64,000 nt of DNA, taken from contig NC_135255.1 in assembly GCF_964204865.1 (NCBI RefSeq), positions 15,066,001 to 15,130,000 of the forward strand, written 5' to 3'. The notes under the pieces were generated by a model, which was not told the DNA's origin, did no database searches, and worked only from the letters and a program-made list of their open reading frames with translations. Source of the stretch: Styela clava (lineage: Eukaryota). Of this stretch, positions 26,222 to 39,720 are shown one piece after another. A program made the position numbers and the translations under genes. Each line of letters opens with the position of its first letter. Positions within the stretch are counted from its first letter, which is position 1.

Positions 26222-26717
26222 TTTCAATAGTCAATGCAACTTCACATCAGTACATAGCATTAAATGAAAAACAAATACGGTACAGTAGGGCAGTTGTGTT
26301 CCAAAATGTGTCAACATTTGGTACAATGAAACAAACACTCTGTCTGTCTCTGAAACGAGAGTGTCTGGCATGACGGCAGATTCAGATTTGAGTAACCTAC
26401 CAAAAATGAGTTTTTTCGCTGAACACTCTAGTCTAAAATGATATGATAAATTTTTTTCTTTTTCACAATATGTAAGCCCAGTCTGTCTCGTAAAGAAGGG
26501 GTTTGCACTCACTGTTATAATAGATGTCTTTTAATGTGGGGGTTAATCTTGGAATGGGATACCTAACTCTGTAACTGGGCTGTACTGAAAAAGGTTTGAA
26601 ATTGAGAAAATATCTCATTCAGTCAATATCCTGATATTTTGCGACTAATGCCCTTAACCCAGCTAATACCGCCAGTCCGGAAGTGAAATTTTAAAGCAAG
26701 TTGTCGGTTGGTCGGAG

Positions 26718-27440
26718 AATAGTACAGAATTTTTGGTTAAAATGCCGATATTTACTAATTTTGATGTAAAATTCCTGTTTGGGCCATGTTTGACAAGATA
26801 ATAATATATGTTCCCGACGTACAATTTTTCTGGAATTTGGTTCGAGATGAATTCACAGTATGATTTTTTGAAATATCTTATCTGAAAGTGGGGCACGTAA
26901 TCAAATAGTACAGAATTTTTGGGTCGAATGCCGATATTTACTAATTTTGATGTAAAATTCCTGTTTGGGCCATGTTTAACAAGATCTTATTATATGTTCC
27001 CGACATACAATTTTTCTGAAACTTGGTTCCAAATAACTTCACAGTATGTTCTTTTGGAATATCTAATCTAAAAGTGGGGCACATAATCAAAAAGTGCAAA
27101 CTTTTAGGTTGAAATACTGATATTTATTAATTTCGATGTAAAATTCATGGTTCGGCCATATTTGACAAGATATTATTATATGTTCCCGACATACAAATTT
27201 TCTCAAACTTGGTTCCAAATGACTTCACAATATGTTTGTTTGAGATGTCTTATCTAAAAGTGGGGCACCTAATCGAAAAGTACAGAATTTGGGGTTAAAA
27301 TGCCGACATTTATTAATTTTAATGTGAAATTTCTTTTTGGCCATGTTTGACAATGTATTATTATATGTTTCCAACATATAATTTTCATAAAACTTGGATT
27401 AGGATGACTTCAATATAAGTTCTTTTTTTATATCAACTTC
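26718..27440. repeat. Tandem repeat, 186-bp unit, ~3.9 copies
   Basis: AAAGTGGGGCAC at 26885, 27071 and 27257 (exact 186 spacing). The motif TTTGGGCCATGTTTGACAAGAT...TATATGTTCCCGAC recurs four times. Confidence 0.92.
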
Positions 27441-27834
27441 AAAAATCTGCCAGGCCATCGGAAATTACAAATAAGTGTTTTGTAATTCCGAGTATAGCAA
27501 AATTCCGCCGTAAATCTGGCAAGTACTTTGCGACTATCTTTCCTTTTTTCCGATGCGGCATTTAAGTGCCATGTTAAATCGTTTTCTGGCAACGCTATTT
27601 TACCGTTCCGAAAACGAGAAAGATGTCCGCTGAGAGATGTCTGCTAGGGTAACTTTGGTCACTTTTTATGGATATAATTTGGGTTGAAAATTTCAAAAAT
27701 AACCAATAATCGGCTAAAATATAGACTGTACCTAATTCCCATGTATTATCTGCACCTGAATACAGGAATACAGAAATATAATGTGCCACTTTGTCCAATA
27801 ACTAGGTACGTCAAGTCTATTACGGGTACCGGTA

Positions 27835-29998
27835 CCGTAAAAGCAGGTAACTTCGGATGATTTCACTATATTATGAACAATTTCTCCGCCGTTTATTGTT
27901 CAATTGAAGCCAAACTTGGAATATAATACATTGAAGCCTTTCTCCTCGCGATAAACTCGGTTTCATATCAATCAATACTTTTTTTCATTCAAATTATTGA
28001 CTTTATTTGCCTGCCGATCTGTATTCCAAATGTTTATAACTTCGGATGGCCACTTTTCGCTTTGCGTCACTTCGTCGTGAGAGAGAAATGTCTGCGTGAT
28101 CAGTGACGCGTGATAACGTCGCTGCGTAGAACTTACGACGCCGTGATTCGTTTTGCGTGTCGCACACTGACGTTCATCTATGACGGCCGTTTTTGTGATT
28201 ATTAATTCTTCCGGGTCGGCGGACATCAAAGTTTTATATATCTGGTGTACCCGTGTGTTTACATCGGCAACAGCTCTTGAAGACAAGAAGGACTGATTTC
28301 AAAACCCAAATTAATTTTGTTCTGATTCAATCTTACGTGTTGGCTTTGATCTTACTTATCACCGTTTGTATACTATTAATCGTTCGAGTTTAAAGCGAAC
28401 GGTGATATTATTATCGTCGCCGAGATGGAGATATTTATTAAGACGATGATTGATGTTGTTATGCTTTGCACCCGCGATTGTGCGAATACTGAATTTTTAT
28501 TTATAATAATGATTGAATAAATCGGCCGTTATGCATTTATACTTGTCATAAGGCTTTTGGTCCTGATAGCGGGTCGGACACTAATTATAACTATTTCCCT
28601 CAAGTTTTAACTTTTTTTTTGAACAAAACAATACCCCAACGGTTATTATAGCTAAAACCGTTACCGACTAATTCACAATTTTATCTGCGGAATTTGCGAA
28701 CTCAGCACTTTACTCGACGATTTTGACAGTGTCGCGCCATAATTATTACCGCTAAATGCTTCAAAATACAACGCATGTAATAATTTTGCCCAGCCCTATT
28801 CCTGACGTTTCGCAAAACTAAACCATTTATCTCTTGACTATTCTTAATTTCATGAAAGTGCTATATCTTGCTATTATGATCGTTTCAATACGAAACAAAA
28901 ATGAGACAACATGGGACAAATGAAAATAAAAAACGGACGAATAAAATAAGTCGTAAAAGTAAAAATGGAAAACAATTTTTAATACAAAACAAAAATGAAA
29001 CGAATGAAAATAATAAAAAAGAAAAATGGATGATGAATTACGGTAGGTAGTAAAAGTAAAAAAAATGGAAGTGGACAACAATATGGAACAGTGTAGCTTG
29101 TGGCCGTGTTGATAATTCAGATATAATGTATTCACAGGCAGATAGACATGAAACGGATAAAAACGCCAAAAACCTCCAATCTCCTGCTGTGTGCACCTGT
29201 GCAGAGTTTCATGCTCACCTGTGCAACATTCTACTCTTAATATATTATCATCGCCGATCGTAAAACCTTGTCATTGTGATAGTATAGATACGCGTATCTG
29301 GCTGTTCATCAGCCTTACGTATCAACAACATCTATACGGTCGAAGAATGCCGAAATGTTAACACACAAATTTAATGTGCATTAATCGGATTCACAATAAA
29401 TAAACAGCATATGACCGGGGCTATAATTAAGTTTTTGTAGGATTTGGTGACGAGGATCAGGTAGGAGTTTTCACTTTATATTTAACTACACGTGGCGCCA
29501 CATAGTCTGGCGTTCAAATGTCGCAGCGAGTTACGCACGAGCTACGCAATGTGACGTCGGCCTTAAATGAAGCGAAATTGAATCACGTTGTTGACGTCAC
29601 GTTCAGCGTAAGCACCGTAACGTCGATATTTTGACGAAATTTTTAAATCAAAATAATATATTTTACTTGAATCTCGTACGACATCTCGTGATCACTGTAA
29701 TTTTCCTTGTACATTGTGTATGCCCTCTAGCGATTGACGGTCTTTTAGTGAAGTTAGCGTCGATAGAAGTCGCTATTTTAGCCGCTCAAAAGCGAGGTGT
29801 CAATTTTTGGCAAAAAGGTGATTTTTTGTGTCAAAAAATAAATCCTATTAGGCGACTGAATATGATAAGAGATTAAGATATATAAGGACTCTCTATAGAA
29901 ACTGCCAGAAGCAGAATATGACGTAATTTAGTCGAGATATAAACGATTGAAAATTTCATCCGAAGTTATAAACCATCCGAAGTTACCTGCGTTTACGG
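27835..29998. mobile_element. Non-autonomous Tc1/mariner-superfamily (pogo-like) element, 2.16 kb
   Basis: TIRs CCGTAAAAGCAGGTAACTTCGGATG and CATCCGAAGTTACCTGCGTTTACGG (24/25 match), each flanked by TA (27833-34, 29999-30000). An extra subterminal CATCCGAAGTTA lies at ~29957. No transposase ORF. Confidence 0.87.
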
Positions 29999-32900
29999 TA
30001 CCGTATCTGTATTGTAACTGGCCACTCAAGAAAGTACAGAAGTAATTGCCTCCAGAGCTCCCTGGTCTAGCATGAGAGAGAAATTGCAAAATATGGTACT
30101 ATTAACAAGTAGGTACCGGTACCGTATCTGAATATGTATTTTTCTGCACTTAGAAAGTACCGGTAGCCTATCATATTTCCCTGAACACAGACCTTCTCTT
30201 CAAACAGTTAAATATCAAAATACTTGAGGTGCATGTCGCACATCCGTGTCTTAGCCAGTATGGTCTTGAACATGTATCCCGTCTCTGTTATGTCGTTTAA
30301 TTATTATGCAGATACTATTACACTTTTAAGTAAACGAACATACATAGACTTTAAAACCGGAATTTATCGCGCGATGAAAGTGACAACGCAGACACCGAAG
30401 ACGTGTCGACGCTCTTTTGCGCCCTTCGCTGGTATTTTTTAGACGTTTCCATAATTATTCTAGGAGAGAAAAAAATTATCACACGATTTCCAAGTCCAGC
30501 AATCTCGAAGTCAAGTTTATTCTTATTTCCCATTAAATTCGGACATGCTTGCTCGAACAATGGAGGACTTGCAGTAGTTATATCCAGAATCTATGTATCG
30601 CTTTGAAAATCATATGCTACCCCCAATATTTTATAACTTTTTTACTAGAGTTTCAACCATCCATAGTCATGCCACAAAGGAGTGATACAAAAAGGACTTA
30701 TTTCAAGCCTCGATGCTCATTTTATTAACACCAATATAGCTCAAAACAGAAGGCATCCTAATTTGGAAAAAAATTCCGTCGAATATTAAACTCAAAGAAT
30801 ACTCGCTTACAACATTCAGTGAACGAATGAAAATTCATCTCCTTGATGAATAGATGAACAAAAAAAAAAGACTAGGTTTACTGTATTCTTTATATATTCA
30901 AGTTATATTATTATTGTATTATTGCTTGTAGTATCAGTGTTATACCGGTGCTAATTTTTATCTTAATGTCCATGCTCTTTCATTTAGAACTTTTGCCCAA
31001 ATCTTAATTAACTATTTTCCTCATATTATAATAAATTCTGTCACTAGTGCCCAATTAGAAAAACAGCCCTGTAACATCCTAAATATGAAAAGAATCGAGA
31101 TCGCTAATACAAACTAATCGGAACTGACCAGCTTTTCTGACAAAGATCGCTTATACAAACTGCAATAACTTATATTCCAGTCGAATTCAGTATCTCTCGC
31201 CTCGCCAACAACAATCAACCTATATTTCACCCTCTCGCCTTACAAACAACAATGACTGTTACCTTAAAATTATGAACTTCAAGAGTAAAAGATCCGGTGG
31301 TTGCCAAGTGCTTTATTGCAATGCAAAAGGGCAAACAGTAAAAAACATTCGGTACCGTATTATATTCAAGTAAAAGTATTTATACAGTTAGAAAAGACAG
31401 TAAATATCTAACTCCAGTTTTTGCTAGGAATCCCCAAAGATAACGAAGGAGAAAACAGCAACAAAATTCATGTTACCATGCAGAAGCAAACAATCTTTTT
31501 TTTTTATGTAAGGCCAAGCTCTTTTTGCAAGCGCAAAACGTTTATTTCTGAAAGAGTTTAACTTAACTTCATAGTGTTGAAGTGTTTGTAAACTGTTGAA
31601 TTGACTGACAAATACTGAACCTACATATTGCTAATGATTAATAGTTCCATCAGTAACTCACAATTTTATTTTTTTACCATTCTATCAGTAATTTTATTTG
31701 ATGGCTTGGGATTTGGCTTTAATAAGAGAACTTGGAGAAAGTAAAAAAAAAGACCGGGCCAAACACTGCAGTAGTATCATTTAAAATTGGTGGCAAATAG
31801 AATACAGACAGGTAGCATATTGCGGCTTAGAAGATACAAAGCAAAAATAAAATGAAACACGAAAAGTATAAAAAAAAAATGCTGGTTAGAAGTACCCAAT
31901 ATCTCTAAAACCCAACAAAAATTTCTTTACAAGAAAACGAAAGAGTACGGGAATCTTGAGCAGAAATGAGTGATATTTATAGAAACAGAATAGAGTTACC
32001 ATACTTAAAAAATACAGTCTGAAAAAACCATTGATCAAAAACCAAAAGAAAACTATTGTTTATCACCCTTGTGGCGAGAAATGAAAACGACAAAATGTTT
32101 ATTATGAAACTATTAAAACTCTGCTCACTTGAACATTAGTCATATGTCAAAGGTGCATGAAATGTTTCTGCCAAGAAATTGTCTGGTGAATTAGAACTCA
32201 ATTCCAAATTTTATGTCAAAAATTTCTATCTATCTGAAGTATATAACTTTCTTAAAAGTTTTATTGTGTGAAATGGAACAAAAAGGCGGCTTTTATCCCT
32301 GTCAATGGACAAAACAGCAATAATTAGGTAGTGAACATTTGAGAGGTATTCATTAACTCCTGTTTTCGTCAAACAGCGAAACTTAATTAGTGGAACACAG
32401 ATGATATTTGCATTTTATATTGCAAATTCAACTTTTAAAACACCATTCATCAGACCAGAGCAAAAAAAAGAAATATATAAAGGCCTCATTTGCCACATTA
32501 GGACACTAATAACTGAGTAAAGAAGACATAAAATTATAGCATTGTACCAATTATGAATAAGGAACTTTGAAAAATAATAATAATAAAAGAGTAACATTAC
32601 AATAAAGTGGAAAAGAACAACAAACAAAACACTCCAGCATGAGGTAAGTTAAAACAAGAGGGCATCGGTCACACGTCGGAAATTGTTGGATCAATAAGTA
32701 TAACTATTGGTCAATATTTAAAAAAACGTTAATTTAATATTCATAGAAATAAAGAGGCTGTCAATTATATCCAAATGAAGCTTTATAAACTTTTTTAAGT
32801 CTTGAGACTGGTAATAATATGGAACATACATAATTGTGATTCAGAGACTATTTTTTTCAAGCATGCCGAATAATAACAGAAGCTAAAAAGGATACTATTA

Positions 32901-33425
32901 TCCATTACTATAAGATTATGTTATTCATGGAATGAACTTACAATATATCTTGCCACTTCCTATACTTATTGATTGGAATCCATAGTGCCAAAATTATATA
33001 ATGTTCCATACATGTGATGGATAATCAATCACAGCCAGGAAAACTAATTTAAAAAATACTTAATCGAATGGAAAGCGTAATTTTTTTAAATTTTGGTTCA
33101 CGAAATGTAATGTCCATAGCACAAAGAAGTATTCAACTATTTTTCACATCCTTTTGAGTACGGATAAATCAAGTGACAATCAAACACAAGAATGCTTCCA
33201 ATATGCTCTTTTTATACAGTCAATGGCTAATTAATTTATATATTGAGTTGCACGTGATTGTGGTTTCTTCAGCCCTACTTTGGCAAACGCTGACTAAAAC
33301 AGAAAAACAAACAAGAATGCTGGAGAGTTGATAGGAAGAATACAGACACATAATTGTAATATTCAACTCAGCACCGTATATATATATTTATATAAATATA
33401 AGACTGTGGTTTGAGCATTTGTTTT

Positions 33426-36400
33426 TCAGCTGCTTTCCATTGTAACAGAAGCAGAAGCTATCATTGTTCCTGGGTGCAGGTCACCCTCTTCAACGAGAGG
33501 GGGTGACCCTTCGTCACTGTTCGTATGGGGCCAGAATCGTTCTGTTGTTCCAGGCCTTGTGGTTTGTTGTTTGTTCTTTTTGGATTTGGCTACGTTTGCA
33601 TTTGGATTACTTGCATCGAGCATTGGCTGTAATATTCTCCGACGAGCATTAATAAACCTGTAAATGTGGTCAATAATACAATGTGGTTCGAGCTCGGATC
33701 TCGAAAGTATTTTACGGAAGTGGTGCCCATATTCCGACACATTGCCCTACCATCATGAAATCCATGACGTTAATATAGGTTGAAAAAAGTGTGGCAAACT
33801 ATCTTAAACATTATAAATTTTCAATCGACTATTTTCAAAGTTGAAGCTTGAAACAACAGTATCATATTGTTAATCTTAATAAGCATTCATACAAATGACA
33901 GACATGGGTCAACAATTACTGTATAGCCAAAAACTTCAGCAATAAAGTTGAAAAAAATATAAAAGAGTGATAGTGTAAGTCAATGCAAATATGTATCTCA
34001 AAATGACCAAATTAATATTGGTCTCATGGTTTGTGTACAGCAATAGGCAATTGTCATTCTTCTGAAAAACCTACTAAATTATCTCACCAATTATTAACTT
34101 GTAATAATGTTAAGTTGGTCTGAGCTGCAAGAGTCCTCTTTTCATCTTCCGTTGGGTAAGGATGCTGAAAAATTATGTGAATAAATTAGATCAAGTGTGA
34201 GAGGGTATTACACAGGCAGTCAGGCACACAAAACAATATAGATTTCTGCTTGATTAGGAATAACAAACACTTCAAATGCATAGTACTTACTACTATATGT
34301 GAAAATAACCAGGATCTCAATATTTCAGTGGCTTGTTTAGGTAAGACTCCTCGCTTCGATTTTCTATTGTTACCGTCCTCAATATTATTATGTGGAAGAT
34401 GATACATGTGAGGTGGAATCACCTAAAACAAAATAAAGCAGCAGTTAAAAAGTATCGATCACAAACTTGAGCCAAGCAAAGGTTTATGCACCGAATTCAA
34501 ATTTAAACATAAGATTGTCCAGATAGAACTTAGAAGCATAATCTAATAAAACAAACAGACTACAAACCAAGGAGAAACCACAAACGGTGACTAACGATTG
34601 TAATCATTCTTCTCTGCTAGTGGAAAGGTTTTTCCTAAACTAGTGAAGTACCTGTGGAGCAGGTGGCGGAGCATTAACTCCTACTTGTGATAAAGGTGTA
34701 GAACCGTTGACTATATTTTCATTTGAATGACCATCAGACGATGACGATACACCTGACTGGTATCCACCTACATGAAAAATTGACAAAACATAGATAAGAT
34801 AGTGGGCCTTGTGCAAATCAATTGTTAATTAGGAAAGGAGAAAAAATGTTAAATCCATTATTGCTATCTCTGTCACTGCTTTGCCAAATTACATTAGTCA
34901 TATTAGGTAACATTTCAGAAAAATTCTAATCTGACTTGACCGAATTCATTCCATGAAATCAATACAGACTTTGCACTTCAAATAAAAATAATAAAAAGCG
35001 TACCTTGCAAAACTATTTCTCCTTGTAAGTTGACAGTGACATTTGCATTTGGAGTATTTGCGAGCTGAAAGCAATATTCAATGTAAATATGATCATGCAT
35101 AATATGTGAAAATACTCAAAATAACAAGAAATTACTCGTTGATTGCGCAATAACTCGTTGATTGCGCAATAACTCGTTGATTGCGCAATAACTCGTTGAT
35201 TGCGCAACAGTTGGTAAATTAGTGTGTAGAAATGAACTAAGATTGAAATAGGTTACTAAATAACAGAAAATACATGTGGTGGTAAAATTCACGAATCAAA
35301 AACATAAGATGCAGAGAGCGGACTCGATAATTTGCGACCACACACATACAGTCTAATTCACAGAAATACCCATAGTAATCATAAATGATAGCTCTCTTTC
35401 AAATAAATGATTGCTCTCTTCAAATCATATGCAAATATGGCATAATTGACAATTTATTTAAATTAGATAAATATATTTACTTGGCCATGTACCGATGTTT
35501 GAGCATCTGCAAAAATTCCAGAGTCTGATCTGAGAAGATTTTCGCTGTGCATTTTACCTTTTAAACATGTGATATACCTGAAAAACAACATTTCTACGTA
35601 AACAAACCAAATGAGCCGATTATATCTGTTTACAGATTTGTGGGTAGTTTAGTACGTTGTTGGATTAGTGAAAAATGTCAATCGATTAGTTGAAAGTCAA
35701 ATTATAAGGATCATTTACCTTCTAATGAGAATATAAATTACCTGAATTATAGGTGATTTTACGATAATGGTAGACAAATTAGATGCTGTTTTATCACAAA
35801 ATTGAAATAGCTCAGTGCTAGAACTATGCATTTACATTTTTTCCACCATATAATATGTTTTATAATATCTGAATGGATAACAAATGTTAGGTAAAATATA
35901 GCAATGCTCTTTATTTCTGTATATTCAAATTAGATGGCCAAATGAAGATTTACATTTCAGTATAGTTTTGGTATAATATATAAAAACACTAATTCGCCTC
36001 ATACCTTTAGTATAATAATAAAAATGATATTTTGCAGCAATAATAATGAATTTACTTATTAGGATAAACTCACATACCGATGACAAAAATCTTTGCAGAG
36101 CTCATTCACTTTTTCTAATTCCAATAAATGAATTCGCAAAACTTGGATTGCTTTTATCATCTGAAAATACGAAATGTTAATTAATAAAGAAAATAATCAC
36201 AAATATCAAAGTATCATATATTTTTATTCTGAATTTTAAACCAACGGAATAACACATTCAGGCATATATGCACATTACTCAAAAATTTTTTTGACAAATT
36301 GCCAACTGTTAGATACTAGTCATTTGATGCAACGATAGTTCAAATTCATTTAATGATTTTTGCTCGAGATTGCGCAATTATGGTTTTATTAAATCTGTCG

Positions 36401-37616
36401 AGTCTGAAACTTTGACATTTTTTAGGCTGGGAGTCAACATTTGAAATTGTGGAGAGAGATAGATGAGAAATACACAAACAACCAGTGCTAATCATTCCAT
36501 TGAACCTGATTGATTGGGAATTTACTTTTTGAAATGAATATCCCACAGGATGGTTTCTTAAGTTCTGTTATGAAAGCTAGACCACAAAAGCAAGTTGTTT
36601 CATTTTGATTCCATACTTATGAATCATTGGATCCTGTGTTAGGAGCCATTGAACTAATATGTCAATGTTCTAAAAAATTATAAATTTATTTTACCAAATT
36701 ATCAATCTCTGAATCATTTGTTAATATTGGAGTCATTTCATATTGTCGTTGTCTCACAAATTCTTGCAATTCTTCATCAAATGCAGAAGAAGTAGGAGCC
36801 TCGTCCCCTTGTGTTGCTTGTTCACACTTTTCAAACAACATTTCCAATAGAACAAATAGTGGATGACTGGAAACATAATTCATACATTAGCAAACGATGG
36901 TCAAATTTGTAAAGTTGAGTATAAATTGAAAAAGGGATTTGTGAACTAATTGTTTAGCAATTAGCATACAAAATTACAAAAAAAAACTACAAACTTATTA
37001 CATCTCCTAGAAATATTGTTTTTCAATCATGTCTGTCAACTGATTTTGATCTGCAAGAAGATTACTTACTTCTTGATTAATTTTTTGTCTCTTTCAATCT
37101 GTATTGCATCTTCTAAATCTTGTACAGGGGCATCAGAGTTTTGTCCATGTTCCTGAAGTAGAGATGAACAATATATCTTGGTACTTGCTACTAAATTCAA
37201 CATTTTGGAGCTAGCATTTCTTGCATAATTTACAATCAATAGGCAAAGATAGTTATTGAATTTTGAAAATTTGCATTCAATTCCGGCAGGTGGGTGAATC
37301 TAGGTAGGAAACAGATCAGTTTTCCAAGTGTTTGCTCTACGAGGAAAAGCTCTGCAGGAGTAGCGACTAATTTGTAAGGTCTAATGGGCTACTTTTTTAG
37401 GAGGACTGAAAGCTCTATCGAATTTATCACCCCCTGTTTGTAGAGACTGGTATGGGTTTAGAAACAGCAACCTTGGACCTGTGATGCTAATATAGTTGAA
37501 AATGCATAGACAGAAATAGACGAGCAAAACCAGTGACATTGGGAAAATACATGAAAATAAATGATATTACTTACTTTGATATGCTGAGCCCTCTCGTCAG
37601 ATGTATATTGGCTCAT
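33426..37616 (-). CDS. PKNOX: PKNOX/Prep TALE-class homeobox protein, 10 coding exons
   Basis: Exons 37616-37575, 37152-37070, 36866-36695 ([19 protein letters not shown]), 36160-36078 ([28 protein letters not shown]), 35577-35481 ([18 protein letters not shown]), 35064-35004, 34767-34652 ([10 protein letters not shown]), 34422-34291 ([22 protein letters not shown]), 34164-34088 ([10 protein letters not shown]...QVNNW) and 33657-33426 ([13 protein letters not shown]...RFWP). [25 protein letters not shown] and RFWP favour PKNOX over MEIS. The start codon is inferred. Confidence 0.92.
35130..35207. repeat. 19-bp minisatellite x4 (AATAACTCGTTGATTGCGC) in a PKNOX intron
   Basis: Four near-perfect head-to-tail copies read directly from the sequence. 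Confidence 0.95.
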
Positions 37617-39289
37617 TTTTCTGGTCATTTGTGCATAAGATCATTAAGAATTCCACTTGGTGATTTGACTATTGACATGGGTTGAGGTGAGATCAGTGTT
37701 ACATCACAATGATGTAAAAGCTATACAGTGTATATACAGTGGTATAAGGTAAGAACATGAGACATAGAATATTTAAAACATTTTTACACCAAGCCCTTTC
37801 AATATTGAGTACTAGTATAGTACTATTATATTTTATATTCCACAATGGGTTTCCACATTTAACACGCCGTGAGGTAAGTCAATACGACAGACAGATCAAT
37901 CATTTTTTAACCCAATTCTTTCGGACTGGTTGCCTGAGTATGGCAATATTTACCAGTACATGAATGATTTTGGAAAGTTGGAGGAACCATTGCAATGACA
38001 AGCACAGAAGCATGTTTCAAAAGCTAAGTAACAGCCAATTGCCAGATCTATTATTTTATTAGTGAATCTGGCAGAATTTGTCTATCGTCTGATCTAAATA
38101 GAGAAAAATTCCTTTCAAATTGCACTGCAAATATATAGATATTTTCCAGTAAGTGAATCTAACATAAACTGCACCTCTATGCAACATTACTGAGAGAGCT
38201 TCATTTTTACAAATTGATTATTTTTTCATATTAGCATATTTTCAGAGGAGGCAGAGGTAGAAGTTTTTTATTTCAAAGATTTTTCTTAGTACCATATAAT
38301 CAAACTATTTTATTCCAGTACAAGGATTGTTTATTCTATATTATATATACATTTTATAATATTTTTGAACCATGCAGGTCAGCTCAATATAATATTATCT
38401 TCATCCTAAACACCAACAAATTTATATTTCAAACATTTCATATTTATCCCAATTGTGAATGATTCTATAATCACATTCCAACCTGCCACTAGTCTATAAT
38501 CCATAAAAATAGATTCCAGTTAGCTAGAATGCTGATTGGCAAAACAATCATGATTGAAAATGCACACATTAAAGAAATGATTAAATACGAGCGGGAATAA
38601 CATGCAGTGATATCTTTCCTGTCTGTCTATAGATGACAACTGAGGTACTTCCTTTACATTTTGAATTCAAGCTGTACAATGTAATTGCATGTCCTTACGA
38701 GTGCAATCTGACAATGATTTATGTTTTGCACATTCTATATACTGTGGCTACCTTATCACCAATGAATTGGACATATTTGCAACATTAAAACTAATGATTT
38801 TTTATTGCTATACTGTATTATTTTCTTGACAGCCGTTCGGATATCAAACAATGCATTGAAACAATATGTTATATCTTTTAGCACTTTAGTATGCAAGCAA
38901 TTAGAATACTAACAATTGTTTCCAACTAACAATTGTTTCCAACTAATATACGTCATTCACAGAGTCTGTATTCAAACAATTGAACACAAGCAGAAAAACA
39001 ATCACACCTGGTGAATATACACACAATGCCATTGCAGATGTTTATTTGATCTATGGACTTATTATATATTATAGAACATTCCTTTGGGGACCTGCTTCTA
39101 TGCAACATTGCTGGGATATATTAATACATACAAGTAGTGTTTTATCATATTATGACCAATCTTTAAAAAGTTTGAAGCCAAAACAGCAATAGAATATATC
39201 CTCTGTGTATGTCAGTATGTACAGCTGTAAGATTATACAGTTGGTTTATGCTATGTTTCATCCATGTAGTGCGCTTTATTGCATGCTAG

Positions 39290-39720
39290 ACTAACTTGTT
39301 TAATGAAAATGGCCGCTAACGCTCAATGTACTGATATAACGGTTTTCGAGCGCCCGTGATTTTCTCTCGCCTATCTTTCGCTGTTTCATCAACAGGCTAA
39401 GCTTTCGTATAACTCTTCATAATTCGCGCTCAATATCGGCTTTCACGCATCAACTTACAAATAAACCGTGTGCCAAACATATTACAGCCATTTGTAAAGC
39501 AATGCCGCCTCCGCGATGGCTACAAAAGTCGAACACAACACAATTTGATGGACAAGCAAAGCAACAAACCGACTGTCAATCTTCGTCACTGTGATGGCAG
39601 ATAATGGCGGACCGTGCGAGAGATGCCAGATTGACAACGTCAAAGTCACGTGATCTTTCTGGCTTATGTGATTGGTGGATAATTTGAATGGCGAAACTGT
39701 CGCTCTCGTTGCCGTCTCAA
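39290..39720 (-). promoter_or_regulatory. Putative PKNOX promoter / non-coding first exon
   Basis: CpG-enriched patch upstream of the first coding exon. Minus-strand donor-like GTAAGT at ~39453-39458; CCAAT box (ATTGG 39671-75); E-box GTCACGTGA 39645-53; YY1-like AATGGCGG 39603-10; PBX/PREP-like GATTGACAG on minus at 39573-81. Confidence 0.45.

Noticed and set aside
27972-28286. 104-aa ORF inside the pogo-like element as a transposase
   Set aside because: No HTH or DDE/D motifs are recognisable.
35130-35207. CRISPR-like array (also considered for the 186-bp repeat)
   Set aside because: Contiguous repeats without unique spacers, in a eukaryotic context with no cas genes.
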